NCBI RefSeq assembly: GCF_001194135.2
Contig: NC_068997.1
Location: 1,907,186 to 1,971,185 of the forward strand
Reading direction: 5' to 3'
Length of the DNA stretch: 64,000 nt
Source: Octopus bimaculoides
Lineage: Eukaryota
Shown here: piece after piece, positions 27,380 through 40,629 of the stretch
Layout: every line of letters begins with the position of its first letter
Numbering within the stretch: the stretch's first letter is position 1
Position numbers and translations under genes: made by a program
The notes under the pieces: generated by a model
Seen by the model: the letters and a program-made list of their open reading frames with translations, nothing else
The model's database searches: none
What the model was told of the DNA's origin: nothing

Positions 27380-28010
27380 AGTTTCTTCTTCTCTTTCCAC
27401 CTCCCCTTCTCTCTCCACTTCCTCCTTTTCTCCTCCCCCTCCCCTCGCCATTCTTCTTCTTCTTCTTCTTCTTCTTCTTCTTCTTCTTCTTCTTCTTCTT
27501 CTTCTTCTTCTTCACATTTTCCTCTCCTCTCATCCTTCATCTTTTCCTCCTGTCTTCGCCTTAGTACGCCTCCTCCTCCTTCTTTTCTTTCATATTCTGC
27601 TCCTCCTCCCACTTCTTCTCCTTCTCCCCTTCATCCCTTCCTCTTCATCTCCTCCTCTTCATCCCCTTCTCTTCATCCCTTCCTCTTCATCCCCTTCTCT
27701 TCATCTCCTCCTCTTCATCTCCGCCACTTCATCCCCTCTACGCCATCCCATCCTCTGCATCCCCTCCCCTTCACCCACTCCATTTCATCCCCTCTACATC
27801 GTCCCTTTCTCCTCATCCCCTCTTCTTAAATCCGTCCACTTCACTCCTCCTCTTCATTCTCCACTTCTTTCTTTTATCGTCATCCTCCTCTTTTTCTATG
27901 CTTTATCTTTTCCTTCTTGGTTTCCTTGTTTTCTTGTCCTTATTGATTCCCTTTTTTTCTACGTCTTCTTTTTCCTCTTTTTCTCCTTCCTTTTTTTCCA
28001 CCTTCACAAT
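27380..28010. repeat. Pyrimidine-rich tract with (CTT)n and degenerate catcccct(t)ctctt repeats
   Basis: The plus strand is dominated by C/T for ~600 bp, with (CTT)n at ~27450-27512. Confidence 0.9.
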
Positions 28011-28157
28011 GCTCCACTTTATCTTTCAAGCTTCTATCACAAAAGGAATCATGATTTGGAGCTGATAATATTCATTATGCTACCCACCACCTCCACATAT
28101 ATAGTCTTCTGCTTAACTGACAAGTCAACATTATCATCATCCTTATTATCATCATCC

Positions 28158-28227
<70 letters not shown>

Positions 28228-28231
28228 AAAA

Positions 28232-28427
28232 GTGATGAGCTGGCAGAATTGTTAGCACGCCGGGCGGACGTCTGCCGCAACGTTCTGAATACGAATTCTG
28301 CCGAGGTCAACATTGCCTTTCATCCTTTCGGGGTCGACTAAAGAAGTACCAGTTACGCACTGGTGTCGATGTAATCGACTTAATTCCTTACCCCAAATTT
28401 GAAGCCTTGTGCTTCCAGTAGAAACGA
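28232..28427 (+). mobile_element. SINE family A with (ATT)n tail, embedded in (ATT)n
   Basis: gtgatgagctggcagaattgttagcacgccgggc..gcctttcatcctttcggggtcg..gtagaaacgattattatt. Confidence 0.85.
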
Positions 28428-28477
28428 TTATTATTATTATTATTATTATTACTATTATTATTATTATTATTATTGAT

Positions 28478-28908
28478 GATGACACTTGTTTACTGGTTAT
28501 GCTTCAAGAACCCTGCGAAGAATTCTTGCAGTTCCAAGCAATGCTGATTTTTGTAGGTGTTCGACCTTCACACTTGCACCGATCTCTTTCCGTCATGTTG
28601 GTAGCTGAGTGCCGATACTTCCAAGTGCAGCAATTACTATTGGTATCACGTTTATCTTCTTCATTGACCACAATCTTCGTATTTCCCACTTTAAATCGTC
28701 GTAGTTGCTTACTTTATTTCTCTCACATTGATCCTGTTGTCACTGGGGCATGCTATGTCGATAATCATACATGTTGTTTATTTTTTATTCACCACAACAA
28801 TGTCCGGTTTCCGATGTCTGGTCTGGTGATCGGACTGGATCAATGCATCCAACAGGATTTTGCAGTTCTCATTTTCGGTGACTTCCTCAAGGGTTTGTCC
28901 ATATCACC
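28478..28908 (-). pseudogene. R4/Dong-like LINE, REL endonuclease and ORF end
   Basis: Minus strand: ENENCKILLDALIQSDHQTRHRKPDIVVVNKK*TTCMIIDIACPSDNRI ... LQKSALLGTARILRRVLEA*. (TAA)n on both sides. Confidence 0.85.
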
Positions 28909-28971
<63 letters not shown>

Positions 28972-29010
28972 CATCATCATCATCATCATCATTATTATTT
29001 CTTTTCAAAC

Positions 29011-29226
29011 AGGCGGCGAGCTGGTAGAATCGTTAGCACACCGGCTCAATGCTTAGCGGTATTTAGTCTGTCTTCCTGTTCTGGGTTCAAAAGACGCCGG
29101 GGTTGAATTTGCTTTTCCTCCTTTCGGGGTCGATAAATAAAGTATCAGTTACACACTGTGGTCAATGTAATCGACTGATGACCCCTCCCACAAAACTTCA
29201 GGCCTTATGCCTATAGTAAAAAAGGT
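29011..29226 (+). mobile_element. SINE family A
   Basis: aggcggcgagctggtagaatcgttagcacacc..cctttcggggtcgataaataaagtatcag..caggccttatgcctatagtaaaa. Confidence 0.85.
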
Positions 29227-29872
29227 TGTCCGTACATTAGAGAGATGTGGGATTGTGTGGAGCAGTTGTTGTCGCGTGTAAGACGAATTCAGCTGTCGAC
29301 CGAGTGTACAGTGAAGATCGACGCACCACCTTCCCTTAACAGAGAAGGAAGGCAGATCTTACTCTGCTCAGTAGCTGTGGCAAAAGAGGCTGTGTGATGG
29401 TCCCGTCTGAAAAGTTTGAAGAGAAGCACATTCTTATCAGCTCGAGCCCTCATCAATTTCTTCAAATATCATTTGAAGAGGAAGCTAAGGGTAGAGAGGG
29501 AGGTGCTGCTTTCTAGTGTGTTTATCAAAAGATGGTCGACAGTGGCAAAATTGATGAGACTGAACGGATCTGCTCTGAATATGCTTTTCTAAGCAGGATG
29601 AAAGAAACTGGAAGAGAGCACTTTGCCATGGCTTGGAGATGGCAGAAAAGTCCAGGATTATTATGTGGACTGCCCCGCTATTGAGGATTTTATTCATTTA
29701 TTTGTTTATTATTTACTTATCTTCTTTTATAATATATACTCTGTTATATCGTTTAACGTGACAGTATCTCCCTTTGGTTGATGCTAACCTCATATGTTTT
29801 TGTGTAATGTTTTGTTTTGTGAAGTAACCCGTCCTTCGATATGATCCTCCATGTCTTGGGCCAAGAAATCAT
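29227..29872 (+). mobile_element. Tx1/L1-clade LINE, 5'-truncated: ORF2 C-terminus (29227-29592) + 3' UTR
   Basis: One frame reads CPYIREMWDCVEQLLSRV..VAVAKEAV*WSRLKSLK..LINFFKYHLKRKLRVERE..FIKRW..LNMLF* with a single TGA where a Trp would be expected. This resembles Tx1 ORF2 after the CCHC knuckle. The 3' UTR ends aagaaat-(CAT)n. Confidence 0.7.
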
Positions 29873-29877
29873 CATCA

Positions 29878-29904
<27 letters not shown>

Positions 29905-29909
<5 letters not shown>

Positions 29910-30185
29910 TTATGTTTGACTTTTGTTTTGCATTTGTACAAGTTGGATCCAAGTCTCACCCAGAGACCTCAAGAGACAACAAGTTAGAAGTTCATGTAGG
30001 TGTTATGCCTAGGGTACCATATATTTGGATTTGTACAGTTTTGTTCAAGTGAATGTTTAAGAAACCATAAGAAAATTATGTTTGCTTTAAAATTTGAGAT
30101 CACATAGACAGTATTTTACGTAGGATATGGGCAGTTCCCATGAGCACTATCTTTTGGACTTCAGCCATTTTGGGGTTTCCTGGTT
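29905..30185 (-). mobile_element. R4/Dong-like LINE 3' end (ORF end + 3' UTR + (TAA)n)
   Basis: Minus strand PGNPKMAEVQKIVLMGTAHILRKILSM*, then a UTR ending caaaacaaaagtcaaacataaaataataat. It runs into an N gap upstream. Confidence 0.85.
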
Positions 30186-30447
30186 NNNNNNNNNNNNNNN
30201 NNNNNNNNNNNNNNNNNNNNNNNNNNNNNNNNNNNNNNNNNNNNNNNNNNNNNNNNNNNNNNNNNNNNNNNNNNNNNNNNNNNNNNNNNNNNNNNNNNNN
30301 NNNNNNNNNNNNNNNNNNNNNNNNNNNNNNNNNNNNNNNNNNNNNNNNNNNNNNNNNNNNNNNNNNNNNNNNNNNNNNNNNNNNNNNNNNNNNNNNNNNN
30401 NNNNNNNNNNNNNNNNNNNNNNNNNNNNNNNNNNNNNNNNNNNNNNN

Positions 30448-30484
<37 letters not shown>

Positions 30485-30488
30485 CATT

Positions 30489-30574
<86 letters not shown>

Positions 30575-30665
30575 CATTATCATCATCATCATCATCATCA
30601 TCATTATTATTATTATTATTATTGTTATTATTATTATTGTTGTTGTTGTTGTTGTTGTTATTATT
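30448..30665. repeat. Compound (ATT)/(ATC)/(GTT) microsatellite
   Basis: Alternating perfect trinucleotide blocks are visible directly. Confidence 0.95.
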
Positions 30666-30832
30666 GAGTGAGAGAGCAGTGCATGCCATCAAAGTGACAC
30701 TGGGGTAAAATATACGAAACCCATCATACCCATCATTACTACCCGTCTGACAATGGTTACACCAGGCACATGCATCACAACCATATGTGTGCGACATGGT
30801 GATCTCATATCAAGATAAACAGCGCATGACCT
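30666..30832 (-). mobile_element. Family C noncoding retroposon, 5'-truncated copy
   Basis: gagtgagagagcagtgcatgccatcaaagtgacactggggtaaa..caagataaacagcgcatgacct, shared with 47211-47365 and 36384-36530. Confidence 0.75.
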
Positions 30833-31600
30833 CGCTTTGGTCGTTTCAGGTCAATAAGTTCTGATCTTGAGTAACTAAGATAAAGCCTTCGCTCTCTGCT
30901 TTTAGCCCCGAGCTCCGTAGCTACTGATGGATGTGCTTCTGGCCTATATCAGCTTGCTTACTACGGGCCACATATTTACCATGCAGAGGTTTTTGTTCCC
31001 ACCTTTGCCATTGATTTCACCTTCTTTGCAACAACAATTGTCGCATTTCCATTATATCGTTCAACCTGGGTATTATGCAGGAACTCATTAAAAATTTGTT
31101 TGCCCTCCATCATAACAGAATGAAGCTTCTTACGTCTCTCGTCGTTTTCAACGGGTTTTAACATTCAATCGTTAGATGTTTCAAGATATTTGGTCAGTCC
31201 AATTGTGGTGTATTTTTAAGAAATTTCAAATTGGATCAAGCCTCGACCTCCCTGGGCACTGAGAAGGTAAAGACAATCTAGGTGGTGCATCTTATTTCTT
31301 TATTGCCCACAAGGGGCTAAACATAGAGGGGACAAACAAGAACAGACAAAGGGATTAAGTCGATTACATCGACCCCTGTGCGTAACTGGTACTTAATTTA
31401 TCGACCCCGAAAGGATGAAAGTAAAGTCGACCTCGGCGGAATTTGAATTCAGAACGTAACGGCAGACGAAATACCGCTAAGCATTTCGCCCGGCGTGCTA
31501 ACGTTTCTGCCAGCTCACCTGAGCATGGTCAGCACCGTTTTTGTTCAGTGGGGAAAATATCGTTCTGTTCCATAAAGGCGTATGTTTTCTCCATGATTAC

Positions 31601-31655
<55 letters not shown>

Positions 31656-32540
31656 GTATGACAAGTTAGCAGCTTATGGATTTTCCTGATAGACATCCTT
31701 ATTTCCTTGATAATCCAGTTCAACACATTGAAATCATAAACAATAACTGGACCTGCTAAGGAATTCACAACACCTTGTTATGTGCATTTAACTCAGATTT
31801 TACGACTACTCGAACTCTCCTGTAACACTCTTTCCTCATCTTCCTTTTCATGCTTGCATGCTGAATGCCAGAGATCTAATTTATTCTGAGATATTTGTAC
31901 GTTTATTCTTGCTCAAGTTCTTTTATAACTGTGTCAACATCTAAAACTACTGAATGTAAGGTCTTTAATTTCATTTTCTGGAAAGTCACTTTGGCACATT
32001 TATCAAGACCAAATTCCAGCTCGATGCTATCACTGAATACTTTCACAGTACGTAATGGTCCTTCAGGCTCATTATCATCTTTGCCATAGGTTTTTTTTTA
32101 TATCATCCATGTAAAATAGATGGTTTATTTTGTTGTCGTCAATTTTGCACCCATATCCTGTTCTCTTAAGTTCACTTGTAGGGGGTATTAGGGCTATGCA
32201 AAAAATTAATGGTGAAAGTGAGTCATCTTGGAAAATGCCGCAGTTGATATTAATATTGTTTGTAGTAAGTACTCCATTAGAGTGATAGAATTGGATATTC
32301 GTATTCCACACTAACTTGTGCTTCAGGATGTTTGAAATTACAGGAGTAATTTTGAAGATATCCAGTGATTTGAAGATACATAAATGCGGTATGCTGTCAA
32401 AGGCGTTTTTATAATCAATCCATAGGGAACTGAGATTTCAGTTGATCTTTGCATCCATATGAGCATGGTCAGCACCGTTTTTGTTCAGTGGGGAAAATAT
32501 CGTTCTGTTCCATAAAGGCGTATGTTTTCTCCATGATTAC
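30833..32540 (-). pseudogene. R4/Dong-like LINE, RT domain and downstream region, split by a SINE-containing insertion at 31292-31654
   Basis: Minus strand: VIMEKTYAFMEQNDIFPTEQKRC; GIFQDDSLSPLIFCIAL..INHLFYMDD; NWIIKEIRMSIRKIHKLLTCH | RMHH..LSAQGGRGLIQ; KPLHGKY..GLKAESEGFILVTQDQ. Confidence 0.9.
31292..31519 (-). mobile_element. SINE family A, young near-intact copy
   Basis: Reverse complement of ggtgagctggcagaaacgttagcacgccgggcgaaatgcttagcggtatttcg..gagttc-like B box..tagccccttgtgggcaataaagaaataa. Confidence 0.9.
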
Positions 32541-32613
<73 letters not shown>

Positions 32614-32633
32614 GCTGATGTTGTTGTTATTTA

Positions 32634-32840
32634 AGGTGGCGAGCTGGCAGAACCGTTGGCAGCCTGGTCAAGATGCTTAGCAGTATTTCGACCGTCGCTA
32701 CATTCTGAATTCAAATTCCTCCGAGGTAAAGTTTGCTTTCATCCTTTCGGTGTCGATAAAATGAGTACCAGGTACGCAGTAGGGTCGGTGTAATCGATTA
32801 GCCCCCTAATTTCAGGCCTTGTCCCTGTAATAGAAAGGAT
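32634..32840 (+). mobile_element. SINE family A, followed by (CTT)n/(ATT)n
   Basis: aggtggcgagctggcagaaccgttggcagcc..ctttcatcctttcggtgtcgataaaatgagtacc..gtaatagaaaggat. Confidence 0.85.
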
Positions 32841-32871
32841 TCTTCTTCTTCTTCTTCTTCTTCTTCTTCTT

Positions 32872-32902
<31 letters not shown>

Positions 32903-34565
32903 TTCTTATTATTATTATTATTCAGTGAGATAGCTGAGCATGCCATCAATTATAGTTGCGTGTGGCTAAAATGATAAAAAAAAATTGGCAGTTTCCGTTC
33001 TTTAAACGTTCGTGTTTCTCAAATCAGCAACACCAAACTTCACTTAAATGTAAGAAACTAATAGCTTTTTGATATCTAGATTCTAAGAAATACCTGAAGA
33101 TTTCTGTTCTGATATGCAGCCTAAAATGACGCCACATTCGCCCTCATTCAATTCCATCTTCATTCACACAACCAATAATTGAATGAGTTTATTTTCAAAG
33201 TCCACATTTCTTTTAAACGCAGTTCAGGATCTTTTATGCTCGACTCTATAAAATAAATAACTCAGTTGTTATTCTTAGTATGCCAGGGACGAAACTAAAA
33301 TAATCGACATCGATTTTGTAAAATCAAAGCCGGCCATCAGATGTGGTGTGCAACTATAGGAATTTGAAAGAAGCCATTAAATTAGGTAAACTACTTTGTG
33401 AACCCTCACTAAACTTTCGAATAACTCAATCAGAGAATCCTAAATAAGGTATTATTCAATATGATAATGACCAGTAGAGCGAAGAACGCACACAGTGAAA
33501 ACACTTTGAATAGAATATCGATTGTTTGATTTTTAGGTACTTATGTCAATATTAGTGGAGACATTTTCAACCTCAATCTGGTGCCAAATAATAGAAAAGG
33601 ATTAAATAGTTCGATATTCGATGTTATATGCTCGTTATTGTCACCTTTCCCTATTATTATGTACTTAGCTTAGGTCAGCTTGCTAGAATGTGGCAGCTTA
33701 TTCAATAGCTGCATCAAGTTGTTTTCCCATTAAATATGCTAAGTATTAGTGGTGTGTTACATTTGAACAAGGCAACATGACAGACCTTTAGTGCAAGAAA
33801 TTACAGAAGATGGTTACTTGAAATGCGTGGACTCTGGGATCTATCATCATTTGAAATCAAGTGGTAACAGTTTCTATTCTCTGCGCAGTTGTAGCATAAA
33901 CTTCCTGTATCTTTTTTTTTTTTTTTGCGGAAAATGACACTGATTGACAGCGAAAGGAAGTAAATGTACACGAATAGCACCATGAAGCACCGAGTAAGAG
34001 GAGGAACGGCCTCACTGGCATAGAATCCTCAGTGATGAAACCGCTCAGCTACCTGTACTAATTAAGTATGGAAACTCACTCAGCTCTCACCTTAATGTCT
34101 TCACAAAGGAAGACAGAAGAAAGAGAGGAAGCATTGAAGAGAAGATAAGGAACGAAAGTGAGGCAAATGTTAGAAGGGATAAGAAAATAGATTCGAAATA
34201 CAAAAATGCCACAGAGGAGAGTGGAAAGAAAACCTCCCTCACCAATAGACGTACAATGACACAAACGTGAACGCACAGACTCACACGCATACATACACAT
34301 ATATACATACACATATACATACACATATACATACACATATACATACACATATACATACACATATATACATACACACGCATACATACACATATGCAAATCA
34401 TGTGATAAGTGGTGACGTTGTGTATGGCGTAATAATACAATGTGGAATTTTTACTCCTGTGTTGTAGTGTCTTGAAGGTGAATGATACAGAATTCGCAAA
34501 CATAAAATCTGAGAAAGAATCATGTGCCAATGAAAGACACCTACATATGTGTATATTCGACCACA

Positions 34566-34619
<54 letters not shown>

Positions 34620-35771
34620 GGGATCACTGAATCATCGAAAGTAAACTAAAATAACTCATGCGCGTAATAAGTAAATCTATTTTAGTCAATTTATTTATTT
34701 TTAACTAGTTTAAATTATTCATTTATATTTGTTTACATCAATTTTTCATCGTGTGGTTCAATAGTAGAACTAACAAAATGGCTGACGAGTTCATCTACTG
34801 TTAAGGACGAAAAATATCTAGTGATTTAATCAATGATTCATTCCCGTATGAGCCAGAGTAACTAAACTGTTGACAGTAAACTCCATTCCTTGCTGTGTTC
34901 CTGGAGTATAACGAACTTTTAATATATGTGAAAATCACATTCATTTATCACGGCCAATCCTTCTAAGTATGTTCAAAAAAAAATTTCATTGTTCTCAAAA
35001 TACAATCTAATATAAGTATTACGGTATATATATATATATATATATATATACCGTACTTTTGATGGCATGGGTATACTAGTACATAGTCGTCATTTTTACA
35101 CTTCCGTTTACTTTTTTATTTATAATTTCAAACGTTGGAATGCGGCCATTCTAGAGCACCGACTCGATATATGAAGTCTGGTATTCATTTAATCGAGTAA
35201 TGTAGAGTGATTGGCTGAATCCCGCGGTGTTACATCCCGCTGAAAACATGCTCACACGCGGCGAAACAACGTGAAATACAATTTAGAGAGCAAATTAAAT
35301 CAATCAGTGAGTCCTTCTATTATTTTAAAGAGGAGAAAGGCAGCNNNNNNNNNNNNNNNNNNNNNNNNNNNNNNNNNNNNNNNNNNNNNNNNNNNNNNNN
35401 NNNNNNNNNNNNNNNNNNNNNNNNNNNNNNNNNNNNNNNNNNNNNNNNNNNNNNNNNNNNNNNNNNNNNNNNNNNNNNNNNNNNNNNNNNNNNNNNNNNN
35501 NNNNNNNNNNNNNNNNNNNNNNNNNNNNNNNNNNNNNNNNNNNNNNNNNNNNNNNNNNNNNNNNNNNNNNNNNNNNNNNNNNNNNNNNNNNNNNNNNNNN
35601 NNNNNNNNNNNNNNNNNNNNNNNNNNNNNNNNNNNNNNNNNNNNNNNNNNNNNNNNNNNNNNNNNNNNNNNNNNNNNNNNNNNNNNNNNNNNNNNNNNNN
35701 NNNNNNNNNNNNNNNNNNNNNNNNNNNNNNNNNNNNNNNNNNNNNNNNNNNNNNNNNNNNNNNNNNNNNNN

Positions 35772-35822
<51 letters not shown>

Positions 35823-36383
35823 CGTGCGTGTGTGTGGAGTAGGGAAGTTTTGTTTAGAGTGCGTATCTGTGTGTATAAATTTGTGTCAGAAAGGTCACTT
35901 TCCTGAGTGTAGCACAAATATATTCCACTAAAACTACTGCCTGTTTTTGAATGAAAATAGTTCACTGAATTTTGTATAAATCCTGTATAAACTTGAGCCA
36001 TGAATGTTTTGGATTGAAAGTTCATTACTACGACTAGTCAAAAATTCTACAACAAATGAGCTAACCCAAACAATGGATTATTCAAAGAATGTGCTATTAT
36101 AAAATGCAAGAATAAGGTCTTGCAGAGAGAGCTTCCCAAATCGCTTCTTTTAAAATTGCTGTGTCGCTTATAAAATAATAAACCTCCTTTCAACAGGATA
36201 CAGTAGTGTACGTTATTACTTCGTTGGAATTAGTTTGAGCTTACACATAGATAGACACATACAAACACACATGTCCGCAATAAATAATGCGCAAGTTGAA
36301 TGCAAATATTTCGTGAAAGAATGTAAAACTATGAAATAAAACAGAAAAGTATCTCTAAAATATTTCGTCTGTAATTGTCAGTT

Positions 36384-36927
36384 GAAAGTGCATGACCATC
36401 ACAGTCGTGCTGAGGTACAAATCCAATATAACCGTCATGACTACCTGTCTAATAAAGGTACATAAGACACATACACCACAACTATATAAGCAAGACATGG
36501 TGATTTCGTATCAAGGTAACCAGCGCGTAACCTTGCATGTGGAAACCAGTTACAATTTCCATCAGTTCGACTAGCCCATCCCGTTTAAAAGATCCTTGAA
36601 TAAGGATTGTTTAAGGATGATGAACGAAACATCCATGTTTCCCGACGTGAATTATTCAAATATCAAATAATTCCTCTCAACACATGGCTTTGATGCTCAA
36701 CCGCTATTCCTGCTCCTGATCAGAGATGTACATATCGTCAGCCACCAAGGGACATGTTCAACTGGTTAACGTCAAGCAACTGACAAGCAAATCTGTATTG
36801 TATTGAGCAGAATATTTGCTGTAGCTTATCTTTGACATCAAGACAAAACAATGAACATGATAAAACTTCCAAACAGTCAAGATCAGAAACCATGAGAGCC
36901 ACTAACTGGTACTGCATCAGGATATTT
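36384..36927 (-). mobile_element. Family C noncoding retroposon, near full-length
   Basis: Colinear with 47211-47756 (tagcccatccc..gaataagg..tgatcagagatg..cagaatatttgctgtag..catgagagccac..ggtactgcatcagg). Abuts (ATT)/(AGT)n at 36927-37125. Confidence 0.8.
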
Positions 36928-36950
36928 ATTATTATTATTATTATTATTAT

Positions 36951-36991
<41 letters not shown>

Positions 36992-37019
36992 CTAGTAGTA
37001 GTAGTAGTAGTAGTAGTAC

Positions 37020-37051
<32 letters not shown>

Positions 37052-37063
37052 TCATTATTATTA

Positions 37064-37095
<32 letters not shown>

Positions 37096-37555
37096 GTTAT
37101 TATTATTATTATTATTATTACCATTATCCCATTACACATAAACCTCTAACATTCCTAATAAGTGTTTTACAAACAATCTCCCACCATCACCGCAACCAAC
37201 ACCATCACTCCCACTATCACTTCTACCACCACAATCGACAACATTGCCGTGGCCACTGCCGTCGCCGTCACCACAGCCACTATTATATATATAGATTCTG
37301 TCTAATGTGTATCTTGTCTCATTTTTAGATGGAAACCATTGATGCGTTGATAGCAATATGAAATAATTAACCCAACTCTACATAAATGGACTCCAGACTT
37401 AGTTGACAGTCAATTTATAGGATATACATTGATAAATACATACATACGTACATACATAAATGCATACATACATATATACAAAAATGCACCCAGCACAAAC
37501 ACACACACATAAATGTGTATATATATACATATATATGTATATATAGATGTATATG

Positions 37556-37588
<33 letters not shown>

Positions 37589-37606
37589 AGATATATGTGT
37601 TATACA

Positions 37607-37690
<84 letters not shown>

Positions 37691-37703
37691 GTGTCATACA
37701 TAC

Positions 37704-37744
<41 letters not shown>

Positions 37745-38531
37745 CTACTGTAGATTATTTCTTTCATATTTCTGTCGCCTGACTTGCTGCAACTGATAGA
37801 GAATGTCTCTCAAATCACTGTAAACAACTGCCCCACTCACTGAACCTCAATGCATATACGAATTACGAATTAGTCAACTGGTTGGTAAATAATATGCAGG
37901 CATACGTAAGTACGCACATATATATGTAGATATAAATATACATATATATATATATATTTATTACAGGTATGTATACGTGTGCGTGCGTGCGTACGTCCGT
38001 GTGTGTGTGTGTGTGTGTGTGTGTTTGTGAGTGTATGTGCGTGTGTTTCTATGTTTCTCTCTTTGACGACATGTATGACTGTATATGCCTATGTGAAGAT
38101 ATATATGTATATATATGTGTGCGTATGTGTGTGTGTGTTTGTGTGTGTGTATGTATGTATATTTGTCTGATTAATATTAACATGTGTACTATTTATTATT
38201 TATCAGTCATATACTCATTCTGGTGCATATTATCAATGACGTCATATATGAATTGGTTAGTTTTCTTCATATCCTCCATCTTTTCTCTGTTATTTCTTCT
38301 ATTGTTATTATTATTTTCATAAGTAGTTACTACATGAAGCGTAATCGCGTATTCTCGCTCGTTACTAAACTCCCCGTCTAGTTCTTCTTTCTCTCCCTCT
38401 GTGTGTGTGTGTGTGTGTGTGTATGTATATATATGTATGTATAATTTTCGTATGAATATGCATGTGCCTGTGTATATATGTTGTGTCTGAGCGTACGTGT
38501 ATGCATACATTTAGATATACACATATGTATG

Positions 38532-38565
<34 letters not shown>

Positions 38566-39306
38566 TGTATGTATATATGTATGCATATATTGTGCAATTA
38601 CTTCCAAATTCATGACCGGAAGTAGTCCGATTATAAACATGCTAACCGTGTCCTATATTTCAAGACGGAAGCTTTCTGGAAATACTTTACTGCCCAGTGC
38701 CTATCCTCTGAGACAGATGAGTTGTAAACCAGAATACCATAGTGATACGACGGCAATTGACGTTATAAGGGGTGTCCCCCACCTCTACCAGCTTTTTATA
38801 CCCACAACAGATCTATTTAGAAACAAGCTTAGGTATGTGTATTTCCTTTCGCTTCTATCATCACAGCCAACACCAACACCACCACAGCCACCAGAACCAC
38901 CACTAAAGATACAGAAGATCGGATGGATGAATGAATGGATGGATGGATGGATGGATAGATGGATGGATGGATGGATCTATAAATTTCGACGATGACCAGT
39001 CAATGAATTGAATTACACGGTCGATAAGCTTACAAGTAAATGGCTGAGTATTCTGAAAATACGTTTGCCTTCTACAGCCAAAGCAACGTTACACATGACA
39101 CTACAAAAATTTGAAAATCAGGCACAGTTCATTTTCGTTCGCTAAGTGTTTTGGACGATTCTAGGTTACGCGATACAAGACAGCTGATAGATATACCCCA
39201 CCTAGAATCGAAACTGGAATCACTTGATTTCCTATCGAACACCCATTATTCTTGGTCATACCTTCGACCTCACAGTATGGCATGTATGTATGTATGTATG
39301 TATATG

Positions 39307-39347
<41 letters not shown>

Positions 39348-39893
39348 NNNNNNNNNNNNNNNNNNNNNNNNNNNNNNNNNNNNNNNNNNNNNNNNNNNNN
39401 NNNNNNNNNNNNNNNNNNNNNNNNNNNNNNNNNNNNNNNNNNNNNNNNNNNNNNNNNNNNNNNNNNNNNNNNNNNNNNNNNNNNNNNNNNNNNNNNNNNN
39501 NNNNNNNNNNNNNNNNNNNNNNNNNNNNNNNNNNNNNNNNNNNNNNNNNNNNNNNNNNNNNNNNNNNNNNNNNNNNNNNNNNNNNNNNNNNNNNNNNNNN
39601 NNNNNNNNNNNNNNNNNNNNNNNNNNNNNNNNNNNNNNNNNNNNNNNNNNNNNNNNNNNNNNNNNNNNNNNNNNNNNNNNNNNNNNNNNNNNNNNNNNNN
39701 NNNNNNNNNNNNNNNNNNNNNNNNNNNNNNNNNNNNNNNNNNNNNNNNNNNNNNNNNNNNNNNNNNNNNNNNNNNNNNNNNNNNNNNNNNNNNNNNNNNN
39801 NNNNNNNNNNNNNNNNNNNNNNNNNNNNNNNNNNNNNNNNNNNNNNNNNNNNNNNNNNNNNNNNNNNNNNNTATATATATATATATATATATA

Positions 39894-40030
39894 TTGTTGT
39901 GTCTGGGGAGAGTCAATTTTCTTTTAGTGCCTTATAATTTAACACTCACCGGTAAAATTTCCACTCAGTTACTTCGTTATTTTTCTAAAATTTTCCTGTT
40001 GCGTCTTGCAACCTTTTCAATGGTTGTTGA
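39894..40030 (+). repeat. (TA)n-adjacent dispersed repeat, possible PLE terminal repeat
   Basis: 22 bp ttgttgtgtctggggagagtca is identical to the reverse complement of 42477-42498. It contains the hairpin gttgc-gtctt-gcaac. Confidence 0.5.
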
Positions 40031-40629
40031 CTGTGTCCGGTATTCAAGCTGCGTTCTATTTGTTTGTTTGTGCGCATGTGTGGGCAGTGCGTGTGCGCAC
40101 ACACATGTATGTATGTATGTATGTATGCATGTATGTATGCATGCATGTAAGTGTGTGTGCATGTATGTATGTGTATGTGCGTATAGACATATGTATGTAC
40201 GTGTGTACGTTTGTGTGTATGAATTTTGTGTGTTTGTGTTTGTGTGTTTTTATGTGTGTGTGTGTGCTTCTGTCTCCTTGTGCGTGCATGTCCGTGTGTG
40301 TGTGTGTGTATGGGTTTTTACGACTATGTACTGTGTCGATATGTATGGATGTGTATCTCTATATGTATAGATGTGTGTCTCCATACGTGTCCTTGTGTGA
40401 AGTAAAGTGTGTGTGTATATGGTCATGTGTTTCAGTCTTCCTTTGCGTATGTGTGTATGTGTGATTGTCTGTTCATCTTACCTATGTACCTATCCGTCTG
40501 TATGTCTATCTGTTTATTTTCATATCCATTTGGCTACATACATGTGCATATAAATACACATACACACACACACATACATACATCTTCATAACAGCCCACT
40601 AACTATTCTACCTGTGTATAAATATAAAC

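Noticed and set aside
35205-35275. CCAAT box (gattggct) with nearby CpGs; also ETS-like ccggaagt with an open frame at 38600-38830
   Set aside because: Single short motifs with no linked gene or TSS evidence are not enough to call a promoter.
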